Part shown: positions 1 through 16,061 of the stretch, piece by piece
How the letters are laid out: the number at the start of each line of letters is the position of its first letter
Position numbering within the stretch: the stretch's first letter is position 1
Source of the DNA: the human T2T-CHM13v2.0 reference genome, Homo sapiens
Assembly: GCF_009914755.1 (NCBI RefSeq)
Contig: NC_060930.1
DNA: 64,000 nt
Reading direction: 5' to 3' (one strand)
The notes under the pieces: generated by a model
What the model was told of the DNA's origin: nothing
Database searches by the model: none
What the model saw: the letters and a program-made list of their open reading frames with translations, nothing else
Position numbers and translations under genes: made by a program

Positions 1-131
1 TTTTGTATTTTTAGTAGATATAGGGTTTCATCATGTGGTCAGGCTGGTCTTGAACTCCTGACCTCAAGTGATCTGCCCACCTCGGCCTCCCAAAATGCTG
101 GGATTACAGGCCTGAGCTACCGCGCCTGGCC
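1..131 (-). mobile_element. Alu left arm, truncated by window edge
   Basis: Reverse-complement Alu consensus (...ctcggcctcccaaaatgctgggattacagg...cgcgcctggcc). Confidence 0.9.
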
Positions 132-1689
132 TGCTATGACTTTTTTTTTAAAAGATGCCAACTTATATTAGAGGGTCTTAGATAACTTCCCAAGCCTACC
201 AATCACATATTTAGGGTTCTTAAGTAAATTCCTCCTTTGTGTTTTCTCTTTCCTCTTCTGTGTCATACTCACTGAATCACTATTAATTTTCATTATGAAA
301 ACTTTTAAATACATACATTGGAGTTATATGACTTAGCAATAATTACAATGCTTCTAACAAGTCATTATTACATTTGCTTATATATTCTTAGAGTATATTA
401 GAAAATTCTTTTACATCTCTTTAAACACTGGATTTTCACAACTACCTGGTGAGGTAATCAGAGCTAGTATTAATTATCCCAATTAGACAGGTGAAAGAGT
501 TCTGTCCCAGAGGGAATAAATAACTTGATTGGGTTCACCAGCCTATGAGTACCAGTCTGGGGACTCAAACCTAGGTGTCAGTAGTCAGTGCTATTGTCAT
601 TGAAGGTCATTTTTATTATTACCAACATTAATCTTAGTTTTGTCTCATTAGAAGAGCTAAGTGTTTTAGGTAATGTGACAGCTGTACTAGATGTGCATAA
701 GTGTTGTAGGTCACATAGCTCGTTATCAGGAAATCAGATGATGTCTGCAAATACTCCAATTTGCTCCACAAAGCTTTTGATCTGAAACTGTAGATTTTAG
801 TGGTTATGTAATACAAAGCAGGGGCTCTGAACCAGGCTGTTGCTGGTTCTTAAGAATGATTTAAACAGCACCTCTCAGAGAAATCCAGAGCATGACTTGA
901 ACTCTTATATGCCACCTATAAAGCAGATGAATAGATATCGCTCTCAATCTGTATAATAGGGGACAGGGGCAAGGGAAAGCACCAGGTGAAGGTGAGCTGT
1001 AACAGGACAACAACCTTCTCAGCCTAGCTTTGCACCTCACTCTAATGTGAGCTCACCTGAGCAACCTGAACATCCATCCTCTATACTCACCAGCAATGTG
1101 TGGACACATGTAAGCATGCACCTGGCCAACCTCTAGGTCCATGAGAATTTGCCTCAACTACTTATTGAAGATGTCCTATCTGCCTGCACCTCTCAACTTC
1201 TAATCCTATTCCAATGCTCCTTGCACTGTTATGTTTCTTGCTGACAACCCAACAGATTTCTTTAAGGAAACTAGAATTAGAAATAGCTATGGAGCACAAA
1301 GCTACCCAACAGAATTGCTTGGATGCAATGGCTTTAAATTCACAAATCTTGCCTCTGAACCAAAGAAAAGCATACTGTATGTGGAGACAGAAAGCTTAGA
1401 TTGGTGTACCAGTTCTTGTGCTTACAGTATCCAGCAATGTTAAATAAATAGCTTAATTGAGCTTTTGTTCATCTGTATAAAGTGGAAAGTATTCCCATCT
1501 ACTTCAGTGGATTGATCAGAATTTCCAGGACAATAATAACAATATTAATATGAACAGTTAACACTTACTGAATGCTTTCTCTATCATTATCAGTCGTTGT
1601 TTATTAGAATGGCCAAATTAACTGAAAATTAAGCATACACAAATCTGCCAGTACAGAGTATAGACTCATTTATTCTCAAAGATATTAAT

Positions 1690-1850
1690 TAATCCTCCCA
1701 ATAAATGCCATGAGAAAGATGCCATTGTTATCCCCACCATACAGTTGAGGAAACGGAGGCACAGAGAAGATAAATAACTTACCCAAAAATCCTACATTTA
1801 GCAAGCAGTGGAGCCAGGTCTGCCTGACATCAAAGCCTATGCCCCTAAAT
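1690..1850 (-). mobile_element. MIR SINE fragment
   Basis: MIR core-like 'acagttgaggaaacggaggcacagagaag...aataacttaccca'; ends approximate. Confidence 0.6.
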
Positions 1851-2452
1851 ATGGCACTTTGCTGAGCTACATGTAATCTTTAAAATAACACATAAATATA
1901 AAATAAAACATACCATTGCTATATGCCATGAACCTTTTATGATATTCAAGCTCTTTTAAGTTGTATGGCTTGTAAAAGGAGAAAAAAAGGAAATTATCTA
2001 AGCCAATAATATGATGCAGGATTTCCTAACCCCTGTTTTCATGTACCTCTATAGTAAATTCTTCTCAGGCCTTATCTGACTAATGTCAGGCAAGATTCCA
2101 GACCTGCTGGGGCTAGATTTTCATTGCATTAACATCTCTCTTTCCTCCAAGAAGAATGAGATGGTACAAAATAAATAAATAGCAATCAGAGACATGGGAA
2201 ATTTCCCTTCTCTAGGAGCTGTCCAAAGTCAACACTGGGTGATTTCATTTCTTCCATCCAGGGCACTCCTGTAATCTCAGGGGAATCATTAAACCTCTTG
2301 AGGCCCCAGTTTCCTTGGTTAAAATGTATATGTACATAATCCCTAAAGTGCTGGCCAAGCTCCCACCATGAGATAAGAATTTCAGGCCAACCTGACTCTA
2401 TAATGGATGGCCACAGGAAAGAACATGCTAGTTGTCTGTGATGCCAAGGACT

Positions 2453-2948
<496 letters not shown>

Positions 2949-3150
2949 AGGAGCTGCATTTTTATGCCATTATAACTTTTCTAGTTATTTTTTTCTTTTT
3001 CTCCACCAGACAGGAGTCAAAATTAAAGTCATCTCTGTTTTTTAAGAAGTAATTCCAAAAAGACCCCAATCAAACCTAATTCCTTAGGATTCTGTTTTCT
3101 GAAATCCTAGGCATGACAGTCCTTAAACCAGAATGATTGCTGCTACTCAC

Positions 3151-3183
3151 CATGGCTGGGCCATGCAGGGTCTTCACTGTCAT
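3151..3183 (-). CDS. IL17F: Interleukin-17F coding exon 1 (MTVKTLHGPAM); remaining exons left of window
   Basis: Translation matches the IL-17F N-terminus as I recall it; GTGAGT donor at 3150-3145; TATA box ~95 nt upstream of ATG; expected neighbour of MCM3. Confidence 0.93.
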
Positions 3184-3249
3184 GTTGCGCTGGTGGCTTA
3201 CTTTGTGCAGGAAGCTCTTTCTGTGAATGTATCTTCCTGTGTATGCCTG

Positions 3250-3400
3250 TGTTCTATCAATGAGAGTACCTGTTAGTTTTATAGCAATCATTGCCCCTGT
3301 TTCGATTGACCTGCTTACTGTCTTTAAGTTGTGGTTGACCCGGAGTTACTGACGAATGCAGGGGTTTTTTTTTTATTCCATTTCCCGAAGGGGAACAAAA
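3250..3400 (-). promoter_or_regulatory. IL17F: IL17F core/proximal promoter
   Basis: TATAAAA 3283-3277; near-consensus ROR element TAAGCAGGTCA 3317-3307; RUNX TGTGGTT 3330-3336; STAT-like TTCCCGAA 3382-3389. Confidence 0.75.
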
Positions 3401-3843
3401 GGGGGACCCTAAAGAAAGGGATGACAGGAAAAGGACCAAATTTTTCTTTCCTTCTACCCTACTTCCACCCCCATTGCCCACAAATCAGAGCAAAATTTTT
3501 AATTTACTACAGAGATGAACCAAGTTAGAAATTGTTGTCAAATCTTTTTTGTTCTTCCACAAATTGCCAACACCCTTGTCACGGACCATATGTTCTACTT
3601 TCCAGTCACGCAATATGAATCGTGATTTAAATGGGAGAAAACTCATCCTTAGAGGAGCCTTGGTACTAAACTATCTTTACCTCCATTTTATGAATGGGAA
3701 AACAAAACTAAAGAAATGAATGACATAAGTGAAAAATTCAGAAATGATATACCCTGGTAGTTTTGTTATCTCCCTGAACTAATTATTTTTTAACCCCATG
3801 GTTAGACTCCTACTGGTGCTTAATAAATAATCACTATTCATTG

Positions 3844-5033
3844 TGTTGATAAAACAAACTGTTTTCCTCTGCTCTCACACCACAACCAGCAACACAAAAG
3901 ATTTCCATGACCATGTATGTGGGCATTTATCTCCATCAACCAGCAAGCAATCAATTCTGCATCCAACGCCAGCTAAGCATCTTCTAATCCAATTCAATTC
4001 TGACGCTATCTCCAGGTAGGTAGAGTCAGATCCCACAGGCTGAAGGCTCAGTCCCACAAAACTGCTCCCACTTTAAGCACCAATCACAGGTCCAAGCCTC
4101 TGGGACTTCTGACTGACTGGCCTCAAGTTCAGGTTCCCACAAACCGCTTGAGTTTGATTAGGCTTGATTAATTTGTTAGAACAGCTCACAAAACTTAGGG
4201 AACACTAATTTATATTTACCAGTATATTCTAAAGGATATTTTTAAGGATACAAGTCAACAGCCAGATGAAAAGGTACACAGGGCAAGGTTTGAAAGGGTC
4301 ACAAGCACAGAAGTGTTCTTTCCCATGGAGCTGGGGTGCACCACCCTCCCAGCACAGGGATGAGTTACTGTTTACCTTTCTTAGAACTTCCACAAGTTCA
4401 GCGGTCCAAAGGCTCTTTGTATCCCATCCTCTTGGGCCTTTTATGGAGTCTTCATTGGGCAGACATGATTACAACATGGAAAACTGTAAACAAATGTGAT
4501 TGGATAAAAAGGGTATAACCTGATATTAACAGGTTGAATGAGGAAATTCAGCCAGGCCTGCCTGTTCAGATTTTTCTTGGCCTCTCTGAGCAGCCTTCCT
4601 TCCTCCTGGGTAGAGGGGAGGACCCTTCCTGAATTGAGGGTCTTATGGCCTATGATTAGACAAGGTAAATCAAAGAATTTCTTTATGGTCAGCTCCAAGA
4701 CAAAAGGTGTGGGGGGTGATGTTAGATGACAGGATATTTTCTGTTTCTATGGTCTTGGGGAGAAAAGGTGGGCAGGAGAAGTTCAGAGAGGGAGATTCTT
4801 TTTTCTGAGGCCTATTTCTTAGGCCTAAAGTGCCCCAACATTACAATAAAAGACTGTCTTTTTCACCTTTATTGCTCTGAAGCTGTCTGAAGCTGCTTCA
4901 GGAAACAAAGACAAAAAAGCTAAATACCCTAACAAAAGATATGCTTATTATTTTTATCACTTAGGATATAACGAGGGCTGTGGGAGTTATGAACCAGGAG
5001 CCATGGACAAATATACATATATGTAAAATCACA
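3844..5033 (-). mobile_element. MER21-like LTR
   Basis: Ends resemble MER21 consensus (tgtgattttacatat...ctcctggttcataactccc; ...gtggtgtgagagcagaggaaaacagtttgtttt); family by recall. Confidence 0.6.
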
Positions 5034-5126
5034 TTGATGCAACACTTAAATGCCCATTACCTTGGCTATCTCTAAGAATGGTTTTTTTTAACCAAAATTA
5101 ATTAGCAAGTAGAAGCCTTTAAATGC

Positions 5127-6884
<1,758 letters not shown>

Positions 6885-8676
6885 AAGCGTTTAAATGCTC
6901 TGACATGAAATTTAAATGATCTGCAAAAAGTTAATTTGTCTCAGTTCAGTTCAGGTTGTCAAACATTTGTTAAACACATTCTATGTGTCAGGCATTGTGC
7001 CCTAGAGATACACAGACATTCCCCAAAAAACAGTAACTTATCTTTTTTTACATTCATTAAGATTGGGTAAAATTACACATCATCTTTTCATAAGGCAGGA
7101 CACATTCTAGCAGGGCAAAGTTATTTTCCTCTAGCGTAACATGTTCGAACAACTCTTTGCCATTTTCTTCACATGAAGAAAATGAAGAGAAAGTTGTTCT
7201 TAGGTTCATTGGAAGGCCCTGAAAAACCGATCAAAATTCTGTGATCACAGGCCTTCCATCCACCCTGCTCCCCTCCATGCCTGTGCAATCCTCTGCAGCT
7301 CTCTCTGGAACAACCAGAAGTGTAACTTCTACAAAAAGATTTCCTCAAATCACCCTTTCAGGCATTGTTCCCTTCCTCAACCTCTTGTGCCAATACTTGT
7401 GTATCTTGCCCTCACATACATGTTTTAGGATAGTTCCCTGGGATCTTCATATATTTGGGTAACTTTACCCTGCTTCCCAATAATCTCTACCAGCCTCCTT
7501 CTCCAAATATACATCCTCAAATATACAATCTAGATTAAACAGTGTATTCTATGCAAAGACAGACTCAAGTCCCCTGGCCAACCCCTTCTAGCCAGACTGA
7601 ACCCCCTAAGCCCATCTTATGGAGAATTTTCAAGGCCTCCCCAGGAGTGACCTTCCATGTGCACAGTGAAGGTAGCTCCATGAAATCAAGAGCCATGTTT
7701 TCATCTTTGCTTATATCACTCATGCTCCCAAAGCAACATGTGCAATAGACCTTTAAATGTGTACTAAATTGAGTGGATTGAGTCACTCATTTTCTTCAGT
7801 GATCTCTTTTCCATTCAGAGCTGTACCTCAATGCATAGAAGAATATACCAGCTCTCTTGAAAGAAAGAATGAATAAATCAGTTGGAACCAAGAGTACCGA
7901 ATTCAAAACAAGAGGATTTGCTAGATTGCAGGGGAGAACAAAATGGTTCTTTATGTAAGCAGGAGGCAACACTGACCTTTGGTCACAGTTTTCCCCCTTG
8001 GGGTAAAAACAACTCTTATCAGGATGCCAGACTGGTAACTGGCTATCACTGAGTTCAAACTAAATCAACAGATCCAGATTCTTATCTCATCTAGCATTCA
8101 TTGAGCACTTCCTATAATGTAAATCATGTGCTAATACCAGGGACACACTAATGAACATATGATGGGCACACGGCTGACTATGGTGGAACCCTTCACTGAC
8201 TGGCTCTATACCACTCATGATCTAAGCTGTCACCAGCTTTAAGAGTTTCAATAATGCATTGGAGCCATTATTCAACACACTGACAGCGAGATGACTACAG
8301 TCAACTCCAAGAGCCCACAAAAAGAGATACCAAAAGACTCTGTTGTCTTAGCAATGAGTTACACACAGCCTCAAATGTGGTAAAATACTATACTTCTTCA
8401 AACATCCAAATCAGCAAGATGTTTTCATGCCCTCATATGTGCTTGGAGCCATGATACATTTTGTTGGGGCTAGTAGCACAGGCAATAGACTGTATTATTA
8501 CAGTCTCTACCTTAATGAGCTTAAAATAGTCATGGAAAAAAGTGAACACGCACATATAAACCAGTAAGATAATAATATGAGATTGCTGGGAATAATGATA
8601 AAATAAATGTACGCATTTAGTTTAACAAATACAACTTTTAAAAACTTTTATTCTCATTTTTAAAAGGGGTATCTAG

Positions 8677-8980
8677 CCAGGTGTGGTGGCTCATGCCTGC
8701 AATCCCCACACTTTGGGAGGCCAAGGAGGGCAGATCACTTGAGGCCAGGAGTTTGAGACCAGCCTGGGCAACATGGCAAAACCCTCTACAAAAAATACAA
8801 AACTTAGCTGGGTGTAGTGGTGCACACCTGTAGTCCCAGCTAATTGGGAGGCTGGGGCCAGAGGATCACTTGAGCCCAGCTACTCAGGAGGTTGAGGCTG
8901 CAGTGAGCAGAGATTGTGCCACTGCTCTCCAGCCTGGGTTACAGAGTGAGACCCTCTCTCAAAAAGAAAAAAGAAAAAAA
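8677..8980 (+). mobile_element. Alu (AluJ-like)
   Basis: Dimeric Alu with A tail. Confidence 0.9.
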
Positions 8981-9079
8981 GTGCATCTAATCAAGATATA
9001 CTACTGCAACATGACAGTATATCTGCAGTTACAGAAATTTATGCCTTGAAGTAAAGTGCTATCATAACAGAAAGCATGA

Positions 9080-10040
9080 AACAGTGGTCAGGTAGCACGC
9101 CATAGGCTGGACAGACGATAATCCATGCTCTACAATGGCAAAACATTTAGTTAAACCATTGCCTGCAATAACTTGAGAGGCAGATCTTGTACCTAATAAA
9201 CTTGAAGCTCTAGAGAAAGAGATTAGAAAACAGAATGTTAGTTGCATGTGTTTGGATACTGTTGTCTGCATTTGGCCAAGTAACACATAAAAGAGATGAG
9301 CTCAGGAAAGAGTTGGCAGGTTGATAAAAATGAAAGGAAATGAAGACAGTTCAGAAATTCAGAACCCTAATTACCCAGGCGTGGCGGTGGGCGCCTGTAA
9401 TCCCAGCTACTGTGGAGGCTGAAGCAGGAGAATCACTTGAGCCTGGAGGCAAAGGTGAGCCGAGATTACGGCACTGCATTCCAGCCTGGGCAACAGAGCA
9501 ATTGACTCTGTCTCAAAAAAAAAAAAAAAAAAAAAAGGAAAGAAATTAAGAAATTCAGAGCCCTGTAAGGTTGCAACAGAAGATTGAAAAAGCCTTTGAA
9601 AAAGAAATGCACAATAAAACCTTTCAACCAAGTAAATTACCGAAGGGCAAGAATTAGAATGAAGCATCTGGAAAAAAATGTTTAACTGGATAAAAGGACT
9701 CAATTAAAAGTGTAAAAGTATAGTTCTAGTAATCTGCCATCAAATCAAGACAGAGTTATAGGAATGAAGAAACAAAGAAATAGAAATGTTCTGGGAATTA
9801 TGCCTCAAAAAGAATTGACTCAGATTAGAAGTTCACTAAGTTTTTGAGAGAGCTCTAGAAATTAATCAGGAACCAATCCTCAGTCCCCCAACCATCAAGG
9901 AACAAGAATTAAAGCTCTAAGAAAGGTATATTCACCAACACCATGTCAGATGTGACCAAAGAGATTACAGGGAGAAAAAATAAATTTTTTAAACCTTCCA
10001 AGAAGTGGAGCCAGGGACCACAGAGTAAAAAGGAAGTGAG
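9080..10040 (+). mobile_element. Probable MaLR internal (MLT-int) fragment interrupted by an Alu right arm (9376-9536)
   Basis: MaLR-int-like sequence; Alu flanked by agaaatt(c/a)agaa repeat; ends approximate. Confidence 0.5.
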
Positions 10041-10267
10041 CCTCTCCCAAAAAGCAGAAAACTACAGACCCCACAAACTCTACATCATTCTTGGGGTTTT
10101 TTTTTCCTTTTAATGCAAAACATTTCCAGTTTCAGACTTTTTTGAAACTACTAATTCAATGTTTCGTATTTGTTTGAGTCAAATATTCAAAACCATTATG
10201 CACTTTCTAGAATCTCCACAAAATCACAATTCATAGAAACTAACCCTTCTTTTTAAATGTAATGATT

Positions 10268-10570
10268 AGGTATGAGTGCGGTGGCTCACGCCTGTAATCC
10301 CAGCACTTTGGAAGGCCGAGGCGGGTAGATAGCTTGACCTCAGGAGTTGGAGGCCAGCCTGGGTAACATGGTGAGACTTTGTCTCTACAAAAAAAATACA
10401 AAAATTAGCCAGGCATGGTGGTGCACACCTGTAGTCCCAGCTACTCAGGAGGTTGAGATGAGGGGATCACTTTAGCTAGGAAGTCAAGGCTCCAGTGAGC
10501 TGTGATCGTGCCACTGCACTCCAGCCTGGACAACAGATCGAGATCCTATCTCAAAAAAAAAGAAAAGAAA
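10268..10570 (+). mobile_element. Alu
   Basis: Dimer, TSD-like aatgatta. Confidence 0.9.
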
Positions 10571-11247
10571 TGATTATTTGTCAGATGAAAATGCTGTGCT
10601 AGGGTCTTCATATGCCAATATTTGTGAGAGTAGAAATTACTTGGGGTATAGGTAAACAAAACATAAAAAACACAGAAGTCTTCCTTTCCCTTCTGTCTCT
10701 GTAGTTGTCTCTCATTCATTCTCTCTCTCTCTTTCTCAAAGCATGCAATTTCTGATCTTCTGATGAAAAAAAAGCCGGGAGAGATGGCAGTGAGAGAAGG
10801 GGATCAGAGGCAAAAGCTGAGAAAAGAAAAGTAAGGAGAAAAAAATACTTCGGAAAGGAGTTTCCCCAGAGTGCTGTGTGAGGATCCCGGACGGAATACA
10901 GTTTAAGTGGCTGGACAAAGTTCCAGATCACATGAGGGACCTCTCAATTCTGAATCTATTCTGTGGACCTGTGAAGGCTTTTGCATTCAAGTTTTATCTA
11001 CTTGTTAGCGGAAACATCATTTATTAAACACTCACTCTGTACCAGTCTCTGTGCTGGGTAACAGGAAGAAAAAGTGCTACCAAAAAAAAAATTGCCATAA
11101 CAGTTTTCTCCTTCCAAGAGAGCTGCAAATTTTATATCAGACCAGATGGCACTTCTGTCTTGAAGAGAACTTACCTTTTTGGAAGTGTAAAGACAGAGCC
11201 TATTCCAGGGTAAAGACAGGGAAATTGCTACACATAAAAAATAATAT

Positions 11248-11540
11248 GGTCAGGCACAGTGGCTCATGCCTATAATCCCAGCACTTTGGGAGGCTGAGGC
11301 GGGAGGATCAATTGAGGCCAGGAGTTCAAGACCAGCCTGGGCAACACAAAGAGGCCTCCATCTCTACACAAAATAAAAAAAAAAATGCTGGGCATGGTGG
11401 TGTGCACCTGTAGTCCCAGCTACTTGAGGGGCTGAGGTGGGAGAATCGCTTGAGCCTAGGCAGTCAGGGCTTCAGTGAGCCATGATCCTGCCACTGCTCT
11501 CCAGCCTGGGTGACAGAGCAAGATCTTGTCTTCAAAATAA
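11248..11540 (+). mobile_element. Alu (AluJ-like)
   Basis: Dimeric Alu consensus. Confidence 0.9.
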
Positions 11541-11779
11541 TTATAATAATAGGAATTTCAGTTAACCCTAGAGAGAAGAGAAATGAGAGCTGCCATCCAG
11601 AAACTCCTAGTATCTGAGATGACCAGGGAACTAAGAGTCATGAGCTTTATATTCAAATTGTTTCAATGTGTATGTTGTGCTTTAATTCTTTAATTAATTC
11701 TTTAATTCTCTTCCATTATTTCCATGTCTAAGGTAAACCTCTTTATATACAAAACAGGTTTATGATGTCTACATGGAGC

Positions 11780-11816
11780 ATATATATATATATATGGAGA
11801 GAGAGAGAGAGAGAGA
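11780..11816. repeat. Compound (AT)n(GA)n microsatellite
   Basis: Directly visible. Confidence 0.9.
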
Positions 11817-11919
11817 GGACAACAGCCTCAGGAGGGGAGGCAGCACGTATGGATAGAGCAAGATTTAGAATGAGAAAGTTGGCTCTTTCTTACCCCTCAA
11901 TCCTGCAATCTAGGAGAAT

Positions 11920-12085
11920 CTTACTGCTCAAAGTTTGGTCCTGGGAACAGCAGCATCTAGCTTGTTCGCACCTGGGGGCTTGTTAAAACTGGAGACTCTC
12001 CAGCCCCCATCCCAAACCTACTCAATCAGGCTGCATTTTCACAAGATGCCTAAATGATTCATATCACATGAAAGCCTGGGATGCA
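11920..12085. mobile_element. MER5A-like hAT DNA transposon fossil
   Basis: ctcaaagtttggtcc...cagcagcatc...cccaaacctactcaatcag...tgattcatat resembles MER5A. Confidence 0.6.
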
Positions 12086-13667
12086 CCTCATTAGGGAACA
12101 TTAGGGAAGGTGCTGAACTTCCCATAAAATTGCAGTGAGGTTCACGGAACACATTACATTTTCTGAAACAGAAATTGAGACTCAAGTATCCTTGAAAGGC
12201 TATTGAGATTTGAAAAAAAAAAAAAAAGACGTCTTAAATCTCAGAGCTTCACTCCCTCATAGCTAAGAACCATACCTATCTTCCTACTTTGGAAGGCTCT
12301 TTGGCAAGCATGGGGATGAAGAGAATAATGGGAAACTGAGGCTGTTCTTTGTCAACGTTAGGCGGTGGCCTCCGTGGGCGTGGTCTGTCCTTGCAACCGC
12401 GGGCTGGCAGCAACTCCTCAGGGTTTCGTGCAGACTTCACTTACTCAGCAAGCAAGCTGATTTCCTGCGTTGAGGTGGATGGAATTAATCAACATGCTGC
12501 CAGAATGCAATGCCTGGGGAAAGCCCAGCTGAGCATCTGTCAAACACTGTCACATTTTCCTGGCTTCCTCCCACCAAAATTTCTCCTCAGTTTGATGAAC
12601 CTGGGATCAGCAACTTTTGCTCCTGTCCTTTCCCCAAGGACAACAAACTCTACTGACAACCAACAGAGTTTTGGGATGGTGGGTGGGGATGACAAGCCTG
12701 GGCCCGGAAAGATGACCTTTCACTCCATTCTTGCCCAGGATTAAATTTCCGAGCCTTTAGGCATTGGCCCAAATCTCATGCCTGCCCCCCAACCTCATTT
12801 ATTAAAGCAAATTCCTTTCCCAAACCCTCCACATGCGACACACTCAATTTTCTGCTTTTGCTCCACAAAATAGTTTGAATTTCTGAGTCTTCACCCTCTC
12901 CAGGCTAGTGTCTTGTTCCTGGAATGACCATTTCAGTTCTGCTCACCTGGGTTCTATCCAACCTCAATATCCACGTTCTCAGACCCAAAACCCACTCATG
13001 TCTTTCCTTCTTCCAAACTCTCATCATACTTTCATGACATTTCATTTAGCAATTAACTAGAGACAATGAGAGACAACTTTTTAACTGTCTACTTGAATGG
13101 CTATTTGCATGTGCTTTGGCTATTTGTATGTGCTTTGGCTTTTTACATGTTAAAGTGTTTATTCCTAATCTGCTCTCTGGATCTTAAACTTGTTGAAGGA
13201 GACAACTGTGACTTCTTTCCGCCTTTTACCCTTCCCACCATTCTCAAACCCCTAGCAAATTATTCTGCCCATAGCTGTAGATATTTATTGACTTGATTTA
13301 ATTTGATGTTAATACTAGCTTATTTCTTCTTCTACCTAATTTCTTGCTACCTTCAATTTCTAATATATCAGTACTCACAAAGTTGTCAACAAAAATGATT
13401 AAAGTCGGAATGTTCTAGAGAAGAGAAAACTTACACCACATATTTTCAAAACTTTAGAAATTTTTCAAAAGGGAAAGAGATTGGACTATCTCTAGAACAC
13501 CAAATCTTGATGAACAACTGGTAGTGATGTTCCAGAGTAGAGTTATGCATGGAGGGGCTGTTTGGATTGGACCACCTCCAAGGTCCCTTCCAAATTTGTG
13601 ATCCTATGGAAATTCAACAAAAAATGGTATTTCATTTAAAGATACAATTTCAGTCTTGGAAGTAGGG

Positions 13668-13725
13668 GTGTGTGTGTCTGCGTGTGTGTGCGCGCGTGCG
13701 CGTGCACGGATGCACACATGTATAT
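13668..13725. repeat. (TG)n/(CG)n alternating purine-pyrimidine tract
   Basis: Uninterrupted alternation 13679-13708. Confidence 0.85.
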
Positions 13726-13834
13726 GGGGTGGGGTAATAATATATCTTCTGCCCTCTTCAGTTTTTTCCTTCTTCTGTGGAAAACAATCACATGACTCCA
13801 AATGCTAAAAATTCCAAGTGTCTTAACTGTATGT

Positions 13835-13952
13835 TTCCCATGAAGATCTGGATTGAGAAGAGAATAAGAGGCAGCAGAGATCCAGTGAGAGCACTGAAAC
13901 AACCACACTTCTGAGAAATGTGTTACTTTCACTCCTGCACGGATCTGACTCA
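13835..13952. promoter_or_regulatory. Candidate T-cell enhancer core (RUNX + STAT + AP-1)
   Basis: AACCACA 13901-13907, TTCTGAGAA 13909-13917, TGACTCA 13946-13952, TTC-N4-GAA 13835-13844. Confidence 0.4.
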
Positions 13953-14821
13953 GAATGATGATTCTCAGGTTCTCCTAATTTCAGTTGAAATGCTGTGGAA
14001 GGACACAATGAAATGGCTTTCCTGTGAGGGACACTTCTTCATCTGTGCAGAGGTAAGGGCTTGAAGGATGTATGAAGGGCAAAGGAGAAAAAAAAAATGA
14101 ATATGGGGAGGTACCTGGGAAGGAAAAGTGGAACCTGCCTGCTCTTCCTCTGTCTGCCCTCCGGGGTCCAGAGCAGAAGGCAGGAGCTCCTAAGTTAGCA
14201 GGGCTCATTCCACTGCTCTCTCTAATGCTTTTGGCCCTGAGAAGGACTGGGGGCAGGGTAGTGTCAAAGGAAGGTGGATGAGAAAGGACACCAAGGAAAA
14301 AATAAAGACTGAAATGGTTCTTGGCTATGCAGAGCCCAGCCCTTGTTTAAGCTGGAGAGAAGGCTTCTTGTAGATTGCACATTTATGTCGATTATGCAGA
14401 TTTTGCGTTAAACAACTCAGGAGAATACCACTAGCAACTTTGTTATCCTGTGACATCTCTGATACCTTACAGGTCATCCCTAGACCTGGAAACCCATTAG
14501 TTTAGCCATTAAGTCAGGCAAGACATCTCCATATCTTTGATATCTCAGCTATCATAGATTTCAGGAGCCACACAGGTCTTTGGAAACAATCTGGTGCAAC
14601 CCACTCAGCTGATGATGGGAGTTAGAATGGCTTTCCTACAGATAGCCAGTGGTGGAGAAGCTTGGCCTGGACCCAGGCCTCTTGACTCCCTCTAGACTCT
14701 GTCTACAAATAAAGGGATCCCTCTCTCCAGCTCTTTCAGGGCCATTTTTCCCTGGTCTAACACTATCAGCTCTTTAACAATGTGCTGACAAAGGAGGGAA
14801 ATGATTATAATAGGAATAGCC

Positions 14822-15062
14822 CTGAGCTCTGCCTCCTGTCAGATCAGTGGGGCATTAGATTCTCATAGGAGAGGGAATCCTATTGTGAACTGCATGTGTG
14901 AGGGATCTAGGTTGTGCACTCCTTATGAGAATCTAATGCCTGATGATCTGAGGTGGAACGGTTTCACCCCAAAACCGTCTGCTCTCCAGCCCCACATTCA
15001 CCCTTGGACTGGGAAAAACTGACTTCCATGAAACCAGTCCCTGGTACAAAAAAAGTTGGGGG
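14822..15062 (+). mobile_element. MER1B-like hAT-Charlie element, 5' truncated
   Basis: Internal palindrome gcattagattctcataggag...ctccttatgagaatctaatgc; 3' end aaaccagtccctggtacaaaaaaagttgggg. Confidence 0.75.
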
Positions 15063-15251
15063 GTTGTCAGAGGACCAAATTTATAAGGCAAGCAGCACCT
15101 TCTAAGTGATACCTAGGACTTGGGGTCAAGATACCTGAGCAATTCTGTTCTCTAAAAATGAGAAATGAAATTAATCTTTGGACTTTTTATCTGAACCCTT
15201 TTTAGCCTTTACACATTATCTTTTACACATTTATCTTTGTATGAGAAAGGA

Positions 15252-16061
<810 letters not shown>

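Noticed and set aside
7775-7795. AP-1 site beside TTTC as an AP-1/IRF composite element
   Set aside because: Spacing and orientation fit neither canonical composite
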